From positions 226,180-290,179 of the IMG/VR virus record IMGVR_UViG_3300008261_000001: DNA of 64,000 nucleotides, one strand, 5' to 3'. This document shows positions 47,070-55,863 of this stretch, in pieces (position 1 is the first letter of the stretch; every line of letters starts with the position of its first letter). Made by a program: the position numbers and the translations under genes. The notes beneath the pieces are model-generated. The model saw only the letters and a list, made by a program, of their open reading frames with translations. It was not told the origin of the DNA and did no database searches.

Positions 47070-48281
47070 ATGTTTGAGTATGACAGAGAAAAGGGCTTCA
47101 AGACACTTGCGGAGTACAAGCTGTTTGAGGACGGAGAAATCTACATACCACCGCATATATGGAAAGAGATTAAGGATCAGTTCCCTCGTGATGAGGTGAT
47201 ACTACACTTATCCAATCTTTTGAGGGCTATGCCTTTTCCTTTGACGCAGTATTCGGCGGCGGAGGTTCTATCCGATTGGAACAGCTTGAAGAACACCCCT
47301 CAAAATGTCGAGATGACTGAATGGACTTGTCATAGGTTGTTCGACAGTATTCCCCTTCTGTACCGAGGAAAGCCTTGCCTTATCCAATCTAACACGAAGG
47401 GCAGAAAGGTATCCAATCAGTTTACTGAGTCTGTTAGGATGGAGTGTGGTTCAAAAGCATTTCCATCCCCTATTTCGTACTGGACGGAAAACAAGGTCAT
47501 GTATTGGCTCAGATCTCTTTGGACTCTCTTAGACGATAAAGAGGGGTTAAACGGAAGGAGTATTCAACAATGCATCGCCTTAAGTTCTTATGTGGCGAGT
47601 CAGTTTAATCCTAGCACAGCTAAGTGCATTTATGACTTCTTTGGGGCTAAGAAGGTCTTGGACTTATCTATGGGTTGGGGGGATAGACTCGTAGGGTTTC
47701 TAGCTAGTGGTGCGGATAGTTATGTGGGCATAGACCCCAACACTAAGCTCCACACGCCCTATCAGAGCATCTGCGATTGGACAGAGAACAAGGGGGGCTT
47801 GGATAAGCCTAAAACGACTCGGTTCATCTGTTCACCTGCTGAGGAGGCGGACTTATCCAATATGAAGTTCGACTTTGTGTTTACCTCGCCTCCGTACTTC
47901 AACATAGAGAGGTACTCCGAGGATGGAACACAGAGCTGGAAACGCTATAAGCAGTTATCCGCTTGGCATGAGGGCTTTTTGTTCCCGTCTTTGAAGAAGG
48001 CTTGGGACAGCTTAGAGGAGGGCGGTCGGATAGCCATCAACATCGCAGACAGCTTGAGAGATAAGCATAACATCTGTACGCCCATGTTATCCTATATGGA
48101 GTCGATAGGTGCAACTTACGAGGGTGTTATGGGGTATCGTATGTCTAAGCGACCTGGGAACTTTTCTCAGTACACGGATGATATAAAAGAGATCGGTGTG
48201 TTTGGTGAGCCGATATTTATATGGAGTAAGGGGGAAGCCCCTGAGCCCAAGTGGAACCAAGATAACTTCTTTGGAGTCTGA
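47070..48281 (+). CDS. SAM-dependent DNA amino-methyltransferase-fold protein, copy 1
   Basis: VLDLSMGWGDRL (motif I), YVGIDPN, FTSPPYF (motif IV). Confidence 0.88.
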   Translation: MFEYDREKGFKTLAEYKLFEDGEIYIPPHIWKEIKDQFPRDEVILHLSNLLRAMPFPLTQYSAAEVLSDWNSLKNTPQNVEMTEWTCHRLFDSIPLLYRGKPCLIQSNTKGRKVSNQFTESVRMECGSKAFPSPISYWTENKVMYWLRSLWTLLDDKEGLNGRSIQQCIALSSYVASQFNPSTAKCIYDFFGAKKVLDLSMGWGDRLVGFLASGADSYVGIDPNTKLHTPYQSICDWTENKGGLDKPKTTRFICSPAEEADLSNMKFDFVFTSPPYFNIERYSEDGTQSWKRYKQLSAWHEGFLFPSLKKAWDSLEEGGRIAINIADSLRDKHNICTPMLSYMESIGATYEGVMGYRMSKRPGNFSQYTDDIKEIGVFGEPIFIWSKGEAPEPKWNQDNFFGV

Positions 48282-48991
48282 TGATGTACCATATAACAGC
48301 AAAAAATTGTGCAGAGGCATGGGTGAAAGCCACACAAGATATTCTCGACAAAGGGGAGGATATGGGGGGGTTGTACGAGATATTAAATATGGGGATAGAG
48401 ATAACCTCTTCTGAAGTGTGTCCTTTGTTTGACGAGGAGTTTCGTAAGGTTTTTGGGGACGAGAGAATAGACTATGCGAAGTCTGTGACTTTCGTGCGTC
48501 CTGAGCCTAATGTGCTTTTCCCTCAAATGATGGATTATAGACAGAACCAAGAAGGGAAATGGACTAATAGTTATTGGGGTCGTATGATCTCTTGGAACGG
48601 TGGATATAATCAGATAGAGCAGGCGATAAAGAGGCTTCAACAAAACAAGCAGTCTAAAACCATCGTCATTGGTGTTTTCGATCCTCAGACGGATGGGAAA
48701 AAACAAATGGGTGGTATGCCCTGCTTACTGACAATAGACTTAAAGCCTAGAGGTGGGAAGCTCAATCTCACAGCAAACTTTAGAAGCCAAGCGGTATCTA
48801 AGTCTGGCTATGCCGATTATATGGCGTTAGTAGAGTTGTGTGATTTCTTGTGCAAAGAGAGCGGTTGTCTCGACTTTGGACTTGTCACTTCATTCGCTCA
48901 CTCTTGCCATGTACGCACCGAAAACAACGAGCTGAAAAACTCAAAGCGACTTATGGAGCAGTATGGAAACCGAATGGGTGAACTCGTTTAA
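48281..48991 (+). CDS. Thymidylate-synthase-family enzyme, dCMP-hydroxymethylase-like
   Basis: YWGR, MPCL (catalytic Cys), FRSQ, GYAD (Asp at the specificity position), HSCHV. Confidence 0.8.
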   Translation: MMYHITAKNCAEAWVKATQDILDKGEDMGGLYEILNMGIEITSSEVCPLFDEEFRKVFGDERIDYAKSVTFVRPEPNVLFPQMMDYRQNQEGKWTNSYWGRMISWNGGYNQIEQAIKRLQQNKQSKTIVIGVFDPQTDGKKQMGGMPCLLTIDLKPRGGKLNLTANFRSQAVSKSGYADYMALVELCDFLCKESGCLDFGLVTSFAHSCHVRTENNELKNSKRLMEQYGNRMGELV

Positions 48992-49883
48992 GACACTCAT
49001 CTATGAGTCGATAAAATCGTTACCTGACGAGGTGAGCTTGTCTTTTAGCGGAGGTATTGACTCCTCTATGATCTTATTCACTATGATTGATTTAGGGAAG
49101 CCCCCCAAAGAACTCATCACATTTGAGATAGAGGGAGAGCCGTCTAAAGATTTAGAATATGCTAAAAAGATTGCACAGCATTACGATCTGCCTTTGAAGG
49201 TTGCGAAGATCCCATCTTCTCCGAGTCGTGACGACTTATTAGGGGAAGTTAAAGAAGTTATTAAGACCACACGCACCACGAGGAACATTGAAACTCAAGT
49301 GTGCTACGCATATTCCTACATGATACCCCTTATTACAACAGAGCATCTGGTCACAGGGTTTTACGAAGACATACTGTTCGCCACGAATGCAAACATCTCT
49401 TCAAAGTACAGCAAACACCTTAAAGGTTTAATGTCCAAAGAGGATTTTGATGATGAATATAAACTGATTAGAAAACAAGTATTTGAGGGGAAATACAAAT
49501 CTGGTGCGGAACACAACTACCTTGTGATTATGAGGTACTTGGAGGCGAAAGGCATTAAAGTAGAATGTCCTTATAATACGGATTGTATATACAATTTATT
49601 TCAATCCCTCACTTTTAAACAAACGAACTATAATCCCAATACAGGTAAGAAACATAAAAAGTGGTTCATCACAGAAGAAACGCATAAAGATTTTTTTGCT
49701 CTGTTCAATAACCATAAAAACATCAATAATATGCACACAACAGGTAAAGATGGCGGGCTTAAAGGTCTACATAGGCGTGTGTTATTAACAGGGACATCTT
49801 TTAAGGACACAAGGGCTATTTATAACGAGGTACTGAAAGAAATTGAGTTTGAAGAAAAGGCTATGTTCGATGTTAAACTTTAA
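48963..49883 (+). CDS. Asparagine-synthetase-like PP-loop ATP pyrophosphatase, no glutaminase domain
   Basis: SFSGGIDSS, DLEYAKKIA, VTGFYEDILF, ECPY, KWF. Confidence 0.8.
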   Translation: METEWVNSFKTLIYESIKSLPDEVSLSFSGGIDSSMILFTMIDLGKPPKELITFEIEGEPSKDLEYAKKIAQHYDLPLKVAKIPSSPSRDDLLGEVKEVIKTTRTTRNIETQVCYAYSYMIPLITTEHLVTGFYEDILFATNANISSKYSKHLKGLMSKEDFDDEYKLIRKQVFEGKYKSGAEHNYLVIMRYLEAKGIKVECPYNTDCIYNLFQSLTFKQTNYNPNTGKKHKKWFITEETHKDFFALFNNHKNINNMHTTGKDGGLKGLHRRVLLTGTSFKDTRAIYNEVLKEIEFEEKAMFDVKL

Positions 49884-50703
49884 TACGCCTTTAGAGACTT
49901 ACACTGTGGCTCACAAAAACATAGATGTGAAGCGAGATGACTTGCTTAATGGAGACCTCGATCTGCCTCCGTGGGCTAAACTTGAAGGGGTTCGCAGACT
50001 GCTCGAATCGGATTACTATAAGAAGGATAAACCGATTGTGCATCTGACCGTTAGGGGGAGTTACACAGGGTGGGTGTTGTCTTATTGGGGGAAACAAATG
50101 GGGTACGACATAAAGATTGCTTACCCTAACACAAAAAACTACGGACAAGTTATGCTCGATAAGATCACCCAGTATGGCGGAGAACTTATCCCTCTTAAAC
50201 ACAACATGGTAGCTGTTCTTTCGGCACAAACTAAAAAAATGGCTTCTGAAAATGATTGGCAGATGAGCCCAGACGCTTTTAATCATCCGATCTATATAGA
50301 CTATTGGACACAACGCTCGACTGAGTTTTTCAAAGAAAACGAGTACGATACTCTTGTCGTACAAGGAGGGAGTGGAGTCACATCTGTTGGACTCATCAAA
50401 GGGTTTTTAGGTGTGGATTACATCTCAGGGTCTCTATTTGAATCGGATTACGGAAAGAAGAAAATCGTCCTCGTGGCTACCTCAAGTGTTAAGACCGTCA
50501 CAAACGCTCTGATCTCTAATCTAGGTGCTGTGCCTTCTTGTCTCAAGGTCTATAAGTCTGAGTACGACTTTTACGATGAAATGGAACACCTAACGACCCC
50601 ATTCCCTTGCAACCCTTATTGGGACAAGAAAGCGTGGGGCTGGATTCAAGATAACCCAGATAAGATGAAAGGTCGTACCCTGTTTTGGAATCTAGGAGCT
50701 TAA
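49870..50703 (+). CDS. PLP-dependent fold-type-II enzyme
   Basis: NTPLE, VKRDDL, AKL (Schiff-base Lys), GGSGVTSVG, YWDKKAW, LFWNLG. Confidence 0.82.
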   Translation: MLNFNTPLETYTVAHKNIDVKRDDLLNGDLDLPPWAKLEGVRRLLESDYYKKDKPIVHLTVRGSYTGWVLSYWGKQMGYDIKIAYPNTKNYGQVMLDKITQYGGELIPLKHNMVAVLSAQTKKMASENDWQMSPDAFNHPIYIDYWTQRSTEFFKENEYDTLVVQGGSGVTSVGLIKGFLGVDYISGSLFESDYGKKKIVLVATSSVKTVTNALISNLGAVPSCLKVYKSEYDFYDEMEHLTTPFPCNPYWDKKAWGWIQDNPDKMKGRTLFWNLGA

Positions 50704-50724
50704 ACCTTTTTTCGGGGTCTAGTT

Positions 50725-51945
50725 ATGTTTTTTGATTATGAGCGAACAAAGTTATCTTCTCTAGATGACTATGAACTGACGACCGACTCTAAGATTTCTA
50801 TTCCTCCCCACATATGGCGTGAGATTACAACGACTTTCAGTAAGAAAGATATCATTGAACATCTGTCCAATCTTATTGAAGTGGGGAAACTCCCTTTTCC
50901 GCTGAGGGAGTACTCATCAGCGGGGTTGGATCTTGACTTCAAGATGCTGAAAAACGAGGATTGCTTAGTAAAGCTAGGTGATTGGGAGTGCCTAAGGACA
51001 ATCCCCAACCAAGAGCTGAGTTATCGTGGGCGTAGGTGTTATTTTAACCCTTCTTCTAATGGATTAAGCGTTTCGGATAACTTCACTCAGCTTGAAAGGA
51101 TGGAGTGTTCTCACTTTGAACATAAGAGTCCAATGAGGGAATGGACGAGGGAAGGTTGTAGGTCAAAGACACGCTATATGCTGAGGGTCTTATGGACACT
51201 TAACGAGAAGGACGCTTTAGAGAACGGTGTTAGCAATAAGCAGTTAAGAGACTGCATACGGCTTGGAAACTACCAAGCAAGTCAGTTCAAGCCCTCATGT
51301 GCTAAGACGATTTATGACTTCTTTGGGGCTAAGAAGGTCTTGGACTTTTCAGCAGGTTGGGGGGACAGACTCGTTGGCTTCCTAGCGTCTAGTGCCGAGA
51401 GCTATGTGGGCATAGATCCTAACTCAAAACTAACGGATAAGTATAGAGCCATATCTAGCTTTTGCTCTACGGATAAACAGACAAGTTTCATCTGCTCCCC
51501 CGCAGAAGACGCTGACTTATCCAATATGAGATTCGACTTTGTGTTTACCTCCCCCCCTTACTTCAACATCGAGAGGTATTCAGAGGAGAGTACTCAGTCT
51601 TGGAAACGCTATAAGACGGAGAGCGACTGGTTGGAGTTTTTCTTGTTGGTCGCTTTAAAGAAATCTTGGGACAGCTTAGAAGACGGTGGGAGGATAGCTA
51701 TCAACATCGCGGATAAGGGTCATTCAAGGACAGATGTCATTTCTTCTATCTGTACGCCTATGCTGTCTTATATGGAGTCTTTAGGTGCGGTGTTTGAGGG
51801 GGTGATAGGATATAGGATGAATAAAAGACCTGGTGACAGAATGGGTTCTGTAGGTGGTTCGGTGTTCGGTGAACCTATATTCGTGTGGTCTAAAGGTGTT
51901 GCCACCGAACCCAAGTGGAAGCAAGACAACTTCTTTGGGATCTGA
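50725..51945 (+). CDS. SAM-dependent DNA amino-methyltransferase-fold protein, copy 2
   Basis: VLDFSAGWGDRL, FTSPPYF; collinear paralogue of 47070..48281. Confidence 0.88.
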   Translation: MFFDYERTKLSSLDDYELTTDSKISIPPHIWREITTTFSKKDIIEHLSNLIEVGKLPFPLREYSSAGLDLDFKMLKNEDCLVKLGDWECLRTIPNQELSYRGRRCYFNPSSNGLSVSDNFTQLERMECSHFEHKSPMREWTREGCRSKTRYMLRVLWTLNEKDALENGVSNKQLRDCIRLGNYQASQFKPSCAKTIYDFFGAKKVLDFSAGWGDRLVGFLASSAESYVGIDPNSKLTDKYRAISSFCSTDKQTSFICSPAEDADLSNMRFDFVFTSPPYFNIERYSEESTQSWKRYKTESDWLEFFLLVALKKSWDSLEDGGRIAINIADKGHSRTDVISSICTPMLSYMESLGAVFEGVIGYRMNKRPGDRMGSVGGSVFGEPIFVWSKGVATEPKWKQDNFFGI

Positions 51946-51949
51946 GCGT

Positions 51950-52273
51950 TTAACTATTCACGATGAAGTTAAACTGAGGCAACATCTGAGCGATCTTTTG
52001 AAGGCAATCGCTATCCGACCCACAAGAGACATAAATCTCTTTCATAGATCCAGCGTTTGAAGTTTCGGTCTTGTACCCTGCCTTCATGATAGTTCTCTCA
52101 ATAGTCGTAGCATCCCATGACGCTACGATGAGATTTAAGTCGTTCATACCCTCAAAGTTCACAAGCACAGGAGCTTTGACCTTATGGATGTTTCGTGAGG
52201 CAACCTTACGACCACCTTCGAGGGCGGCGAGGCGGACTTCAAGACTTCTTAATACTTCACTTGCTGTTCTCAT
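51950..52273 (-). CDS. Small protein with MRTASEVLR leader
   Basis: Leader and RBS shared with 2390..3505. Confidence 0.65.
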   Translation of the reverse strand: MRTASEVLRSLEVRLAALEGGRKVASRNIHKVKAPVLVNFEGMNDLNLIVASWDATTIERTIMKAGYKTETSNAGSMKEIYVSCGSDSDCLQKIAQMLPQFNFIVNS

Positions 52274-52352
52274 GTCATTACTCCAAGATGGGGGGTGGTA
52301 TGTTAGGTGGTTATTCCACCTATCCAAGACTACAGATTATAAACCTTTTATT

Positions 52353-52379
52353 ATCCCAACTCTAAGAGTAGCTCATTAG
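52353..52379 (+). promoter_or_regulatory. ATCCCAAC-N14-ATTAG promoter-like element, copy 3
   Basis: Exact box match and spacing. Confidence 0.7.
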
Positions 52380-52412
52380 TGGGCTAGAACCCCACAAGCT
52401 AGGAGACAGAAT

Positions 52413-52637
52413 ATGATTATCAAAGGACTCGACCCCAAGTTTTACGGAGAGAACGAGGTTGAAAACAGCCTCTCCCTTATCTACCCCCGCCTCACCCCCC
52501 GCGAAGCATTGCTTGAAGCCGTGGACGATTGGAACCGACTCAACGCTCGGAAAATCCCCCCAATGATGAAGGGCATGACGGCTTATGAGAAGTGCCTCAT
52601 ATTAGATACCCTGTTCGACCAACTTAACGAGTTTTAA
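52413..52637 (+). CDS. Hypothetical protein
   Basis: AGGAG RBS. Confidence 0.6.
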   Translation: MIIKGLDPKFYGENEVENSLSLIYPRLTPREALLEAVDDWNRLNARKIPPMMKGMTAYEKCLILDTLFDQLNEF

Positions 52638-52705
52638 GAAAAACCCTTTACATCTCAAGCCTTTTCTGCTAAAGGGCTGGCGACTATCTAAATAGGAGCT
52701 TTGAG

Positions 52706-52795
52706 ATGTGCAATCTAACCCTATGGGCGGTGCTCTCTGTAATATATGGCTGGTATGTAGTGGAGGCGTACAAGTCGTACAAGGGAAAGCACTAG
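52706..52795 (+). CDS. Putative 29-aa membrane peptide
   Basis: AGGAG RBS; MCNLTLWAVLSVIYGWYVVEAYKSYKGKH. Confidence 0.45.
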   Translation: MCNLTLWAVLSVIYGWYVVEAYKSYKGKH

Positions 52796-52829
52796 GAGGG
52801 GTGAGCTAGTAGGAGGGGTGAGCTAGTAG
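52793..52829 (+). repeat. 17-bp tandem duplication
   Basis: taggaggggtgagctag twice, then tag. Confidence 0.85.
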
Positions 52830-52871
52830 ATTGTTTATGAGCCAAACACCTACAAGAAAGGTGCGTGGCTC

Positions 52872-53258
52872 ATGAAGAAATCTTCTGCTCAACTGAAAGA
52901 GATTTTATCCAATATGGACGAGGATATTATTTCCAAGTCGAGGGACTTGGTGTCCTCGGTGGTGGGTTCGTTCGAGGAACAGCTTTTAAAAAGCCCTTTA
53001 ACTTTTAGGGTTGGGGACTACGAGGTTTTGGTGGAGGCGAAGAGCGGAAGTCTTAGTGGTGGGGATTTGGATATTTATCTGTCGTGTAGCTGTGGTTATT
53101 GGCAGTATCAGGGACCAGAATATCACGCTAAACAAAATGGATACTTGTTTGGTAAAGCGAGGGGTACGGCTGAGAAGCCTACGAGTAAAGACCCCAACGG
53201 TACACATAAGCTATGTAAGCACTCTTATGTTGTACTTAAAGACTATTTTGGAGCTTGA
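52872..53258 (+). CDS. SWIM-type zinc-finger protein
   Basis: CSC..W...CKH. Confidence 0.7.
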   Translation: MKKSSAQLKEILSNMDEDIISKSRDLVSSVVGSFEEQLLKSPLTFRVGDYEVLVEAKSGSLSGGDLDIYLSCSCGYWQYQGPEYHAKQNGYLFGKARGTAEKPTSKDPNGTHKLCKHSYVVLKDYFGA

Positions 53259-53260
53259 TT

Positions 53261-53641
53261 ATGCCAACCTATGATTTCTCATGTACCTCTTGCGAGGCTC
53301 ACTACACCAAATCCCTTCGTATGTCTGAGCGTGACTCAGAGACTCGTTGTCCTGAGTGTGGAGACTTAGGGCGTAGGGTTCCCTCTTTACCTCAGTTCAT
53401 CCTTGTGGGTGATGGGTGGACAGGTAAGAACCTTAGGGTGAAGCAGCAGATGCAAGAGAAGAACAACAAGCTAGAGACACGGCAGAATGAAATGAAGCGT
53501 GATGCTCCCGCAGTGACTCTTGCACCGAATGTGGATGGGGAGAGGGTGGACTCTTGGTCTGACGCACAAAAGCTCGCCAAGTCAAAGGGCAAGAACGCAG
53601 ATAGCTACAACGCACTCGTGCAGAAAGAGCAGGCTAAATAA
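53261..53641 (+). CDS. FmdB-family zinc-ribbon protein
   Basis: MPTYDFSCTSC..CPECG..FILVGDGW. Confidence 0.8.
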   Translation: MPTYDFSCTSCEAHYTKSLRMSERDSETRCPECGDLGRRVPSLPQFILVGDGWTGKNLRVKQQMQEKNNKLETRQNEMKRDAPAVTLAPNVDGERVDSWSDAQKLAKSKGKNADSYNALVQKEQAK

Positions 53642-54351
53642 TGTCTAGGGGTCGCTTAATACCAAGCCTTAACTATCGCTCCAAAGGACTGATAGATGTC
53701 TCTATACCGAATGCCTCATTAAGGGGTATGGACGAGATAAGGGTTTATGGAGCGTCAAATCTAAATGACGCTTTCAACAACCCCTTAGAAATCTTACGCA
53801 CTAAGTACGATGTGAACTTTAAGAGTTCGTCTATTTTATCTCAGCGGTTGAGGGTCGAGGAGAGCAATAGAGACTTAACTCGTATGGTTTTTAACCTCAA
53901 CGACTTCTCTACAGCACCTGCAAACCCTCGTATCCCAACTGACGAAGAGGTGTGTTTTATCCGACTGAGGGGTCGCATGAAGGCTACTGGGGAGCTTACT
54001 GACTTTGGTCCTGTGGTCGTAGTCGTACCCTATGACTTCTTTAGCGTGACTGCACCCATATTTACGGTTGTAGGTACTGCACCGGACATAAACTCTGGTG
54101 GGGTACCAGATAACTTGGGTATTGGATCTATGAATATCCATTTACCTTACTTCAGTCAGACGATAAGCGTTCAGAATCTAGACGATACGGACAGCTTGTA
54201 TGTGTCTTGTGCTCCAGGAATGAGTCCAACGATTATTCGCCCCTTGGATACTTTGGGCATAACGGGTGGTGCAGTGCCTGAGTTCTTTTTAGCTGGTGAT
54301 GGAGCGACTCCTCAGTTCACCATAAGGGCGAGTCTTGTAAATAGAGGTTAA
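53641..54351 (+). CDS. Hypothetical, probably structural protein
   Basis: Beta-rich 236-aa ORF in the late cluster. Confidence 0.5.
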   Translation: MSRGRLIPSLNYRSKGLIDVSIPNASLRGMDEIRVYGASNLNDAFNNPLEILRTKYDVNFKSSSILSQRLRVEESNRDLTRMVFNLNDFSTAPANPRIPTDEEVCFIRLRGRMKATGELTDFGPVVVVVPYDFFSVTAPIFTVVGTAPDINSGGVPDNLGIGSMNIHLPYFSQTISVQNLDDTDSLYVSCAPGMSPTIIRPLDTLGITGGAVPEFFLAGDGATPQFTIRASLVNRG

Positions 54352-54371
54352 TAATGGATAAGTGGTGTTAA

Positions 54372-54387
54372 TAATAGTTCGTTTATA
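54372..54387 (+). promoter_or_regulatory. Candidate late promoter TAATAG-N3-GTTTATA
   Basis: Near-identical copies at 61079, 8763 and 52338 (minus strand). Confidence 0.6.
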
Positions 54388-54435
54388 ACAAGGCGTATTG
54401 TTAACGGATAACGATAACCCTCTAGGAGAGACAAT

Positions 54436-55143
54436 ATGCCATACATCATCGCAAGGCGTTCTGAGATTCAAAATGGCTCGGTGCAGATCACGGACTTGTT
54501 CCCTAATCAGAGCCAAGCCAACCCCATGATAGACCCTGCACCTCAAGGTCCTTTCTATGTAAGAGTTCCCAATATTGGGGATACAGGTAAGTATCGTCCT
54601 GTGTTGGTGACTTTAGGTGATGGCTCGATTGTGTTTGGTCGTGAGTCTCATGGCTTAACATCTTACATCATCAAAAACATAGACGCATCTCCAGCGGGCG
54701 GTGACACCACCGTAACCGTCACACAAGCAGAAGAAATCGCTTCTGCCCTTTTAACAAGGGCGAGGGGTGGTTTGGCACTCGCTGAGGCGAATATCAACGC
54801 GGTCTTGGTGGCGACTCTAGGTGCAGGAGCCGCGATAGATGCAGGTGACTCTACTGCGAGCGTAGATGTTATCCTTCAGATCCTTTCTGGTGAGTCTTAT
54901 GTTGTGCCTTATGGCTACACCGTTCAGACAGCCGGTGGTGACCATGTGGTTGTCATTTCGGATAGTAGCCTCGGCTCTACCGTTAGAAGGCTCGTGGAGA
55001 GGGATACCTCGTGGCAAGTATCTTTCAATGAGGGTTGCCTTGCAGGTTTAGTGGCGGCTCGTCCTAATGGCTTTGCAGGCAATACAGCCACCACCCCCCT
55101 CGTTGCTGTCTATAACGCTGACGGCACCATCTACAACGGATAA
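54436..55143 (+). CDS. Putative virion protein, paralogue 1 of 3
   Basis: QITDLFPNQSQANP..DPAPQGP ... VYNADG. Confidence 0.6.
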   Translation: MPYIIARRSEIQNGSVQITDLFPNQSQANPMIDPAPQGPFYVRVPNIGDTGKYRPVLVTLGDGSIVFGRESHGLTSYIIKNIDASPAGGDTTVTVTQAEEIASALLTRARGGLALAEANINAVLVATLGAGAAIDAGDSTASVDVILQILSGESYVVPYGYTVQTAGGDHVVVISDSSLGSTVRRLVERDTSWQVSFNEGCLAGLVAARPNGFAGNTATTPLVAVYNADGTIYNG

Positions 55144-55154
55144 GGAGTCTAACC

Positions 55155-55850
55155 ATGCCTTTCGTATGCACACCTAGAGTCACCAACTCAACGGATAGTG
55201 GCGTTGCACTTCAGATTACTGACTTGTTCCCCCACAAGACTCAGTCCAACGCTGTCATTACCCCCCGCTTTCAAGGTCCTCGCTACCTTTACGCTCATGG
55301 CAGAGCTTTGACTCAGACCGTAGCCCTCAATGGTGCTTTCAACACGACCGCAGCATTTACGGGTCTAGCGGCTTATATTCTCGCCACCATCGAGAACACC
55401 GCCGCCGCAGGCGTGTGCTTAACTGCCGCACAAGCGAATAACATCGCTTCGGACATCCTCTCTCTCATGGAAGCGGGAGAGGCTCTTACTGTATCCGCTA
55501 TCAACGCTGAGATTAGTGACCGCACGGGTGGTGGAGCCAACGGTATTGGTCTAGGGGACTCGACCGCTACCGTCTTGCAGATCCTTCAGATTGTGTCAGG
55601 CTACAAGGTATTCACCCTCCCCAACAACACCTCTGTAGGTGGTGTCGGTGGTGCCTTCGAGGCACCTGCTGTGGGTGGGTTCTTTGCTGACCCTGCGGAT
55701 GTAGCGAGCCTTTGGACCTCGTTCGATTCGAGCTTCTACCTCTCCGCTCGTAGTGGACAGCTAAAGAAAGCTCAGACCCGCGTGGACGCTAACGGAAACT
55801 CGGCTCCCTTCGTTGTCTGTTATGCAGATGACGGCACACTCATTCAGTAA
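55155..55850 (+). CDS. Putative virion protein, paralogue 2 of 3
   Basis: QITDLFP..QSN...QGPRY ... YADDG. Confidence 0.6.
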   Translation: MPFVCTPRVTNSTDSGVALQITDLFPHKTQSNAVITPRFQGPRYLYAHGRALTQTVALNGAFNTTAAFTGLAAYILATIENTAAAGVCLTAAQANNIASDILSLMEAGEALTVSAINAEISDRTGGGANGIGLGDSTATVLQILQIVSGYKVFTLPNNTSVGGVGGAFEAPAVGGFFADPADVASLWTSFDSSFYLSARSGQLKKAQTRVDANGNSAPFVVCYADDGTLIQ

Positions 55851-55863
55851 GGACTAAGACACC

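Noticed and set aside
48281-48991. Annotating as ordinary thyA
   Set aside because: Asp at the base-specificity position, loss of the RSxD Asp and the operon context argue against it.
48963-49883. QueC / 7-deazaguanine pathway
   Set aside because: No C-terminal zinc-binding Cys cluster and no folE, queD, queE or dpdA in the window; motifs fit the asparagine synthetase C-terminal domain better.
52793-52829. 17-bp repeat as a CRISPR array
   Set aside because: Two adjacent copies with no spacer; a simple duplication. No CRISPR array was seen anywhere in the window.
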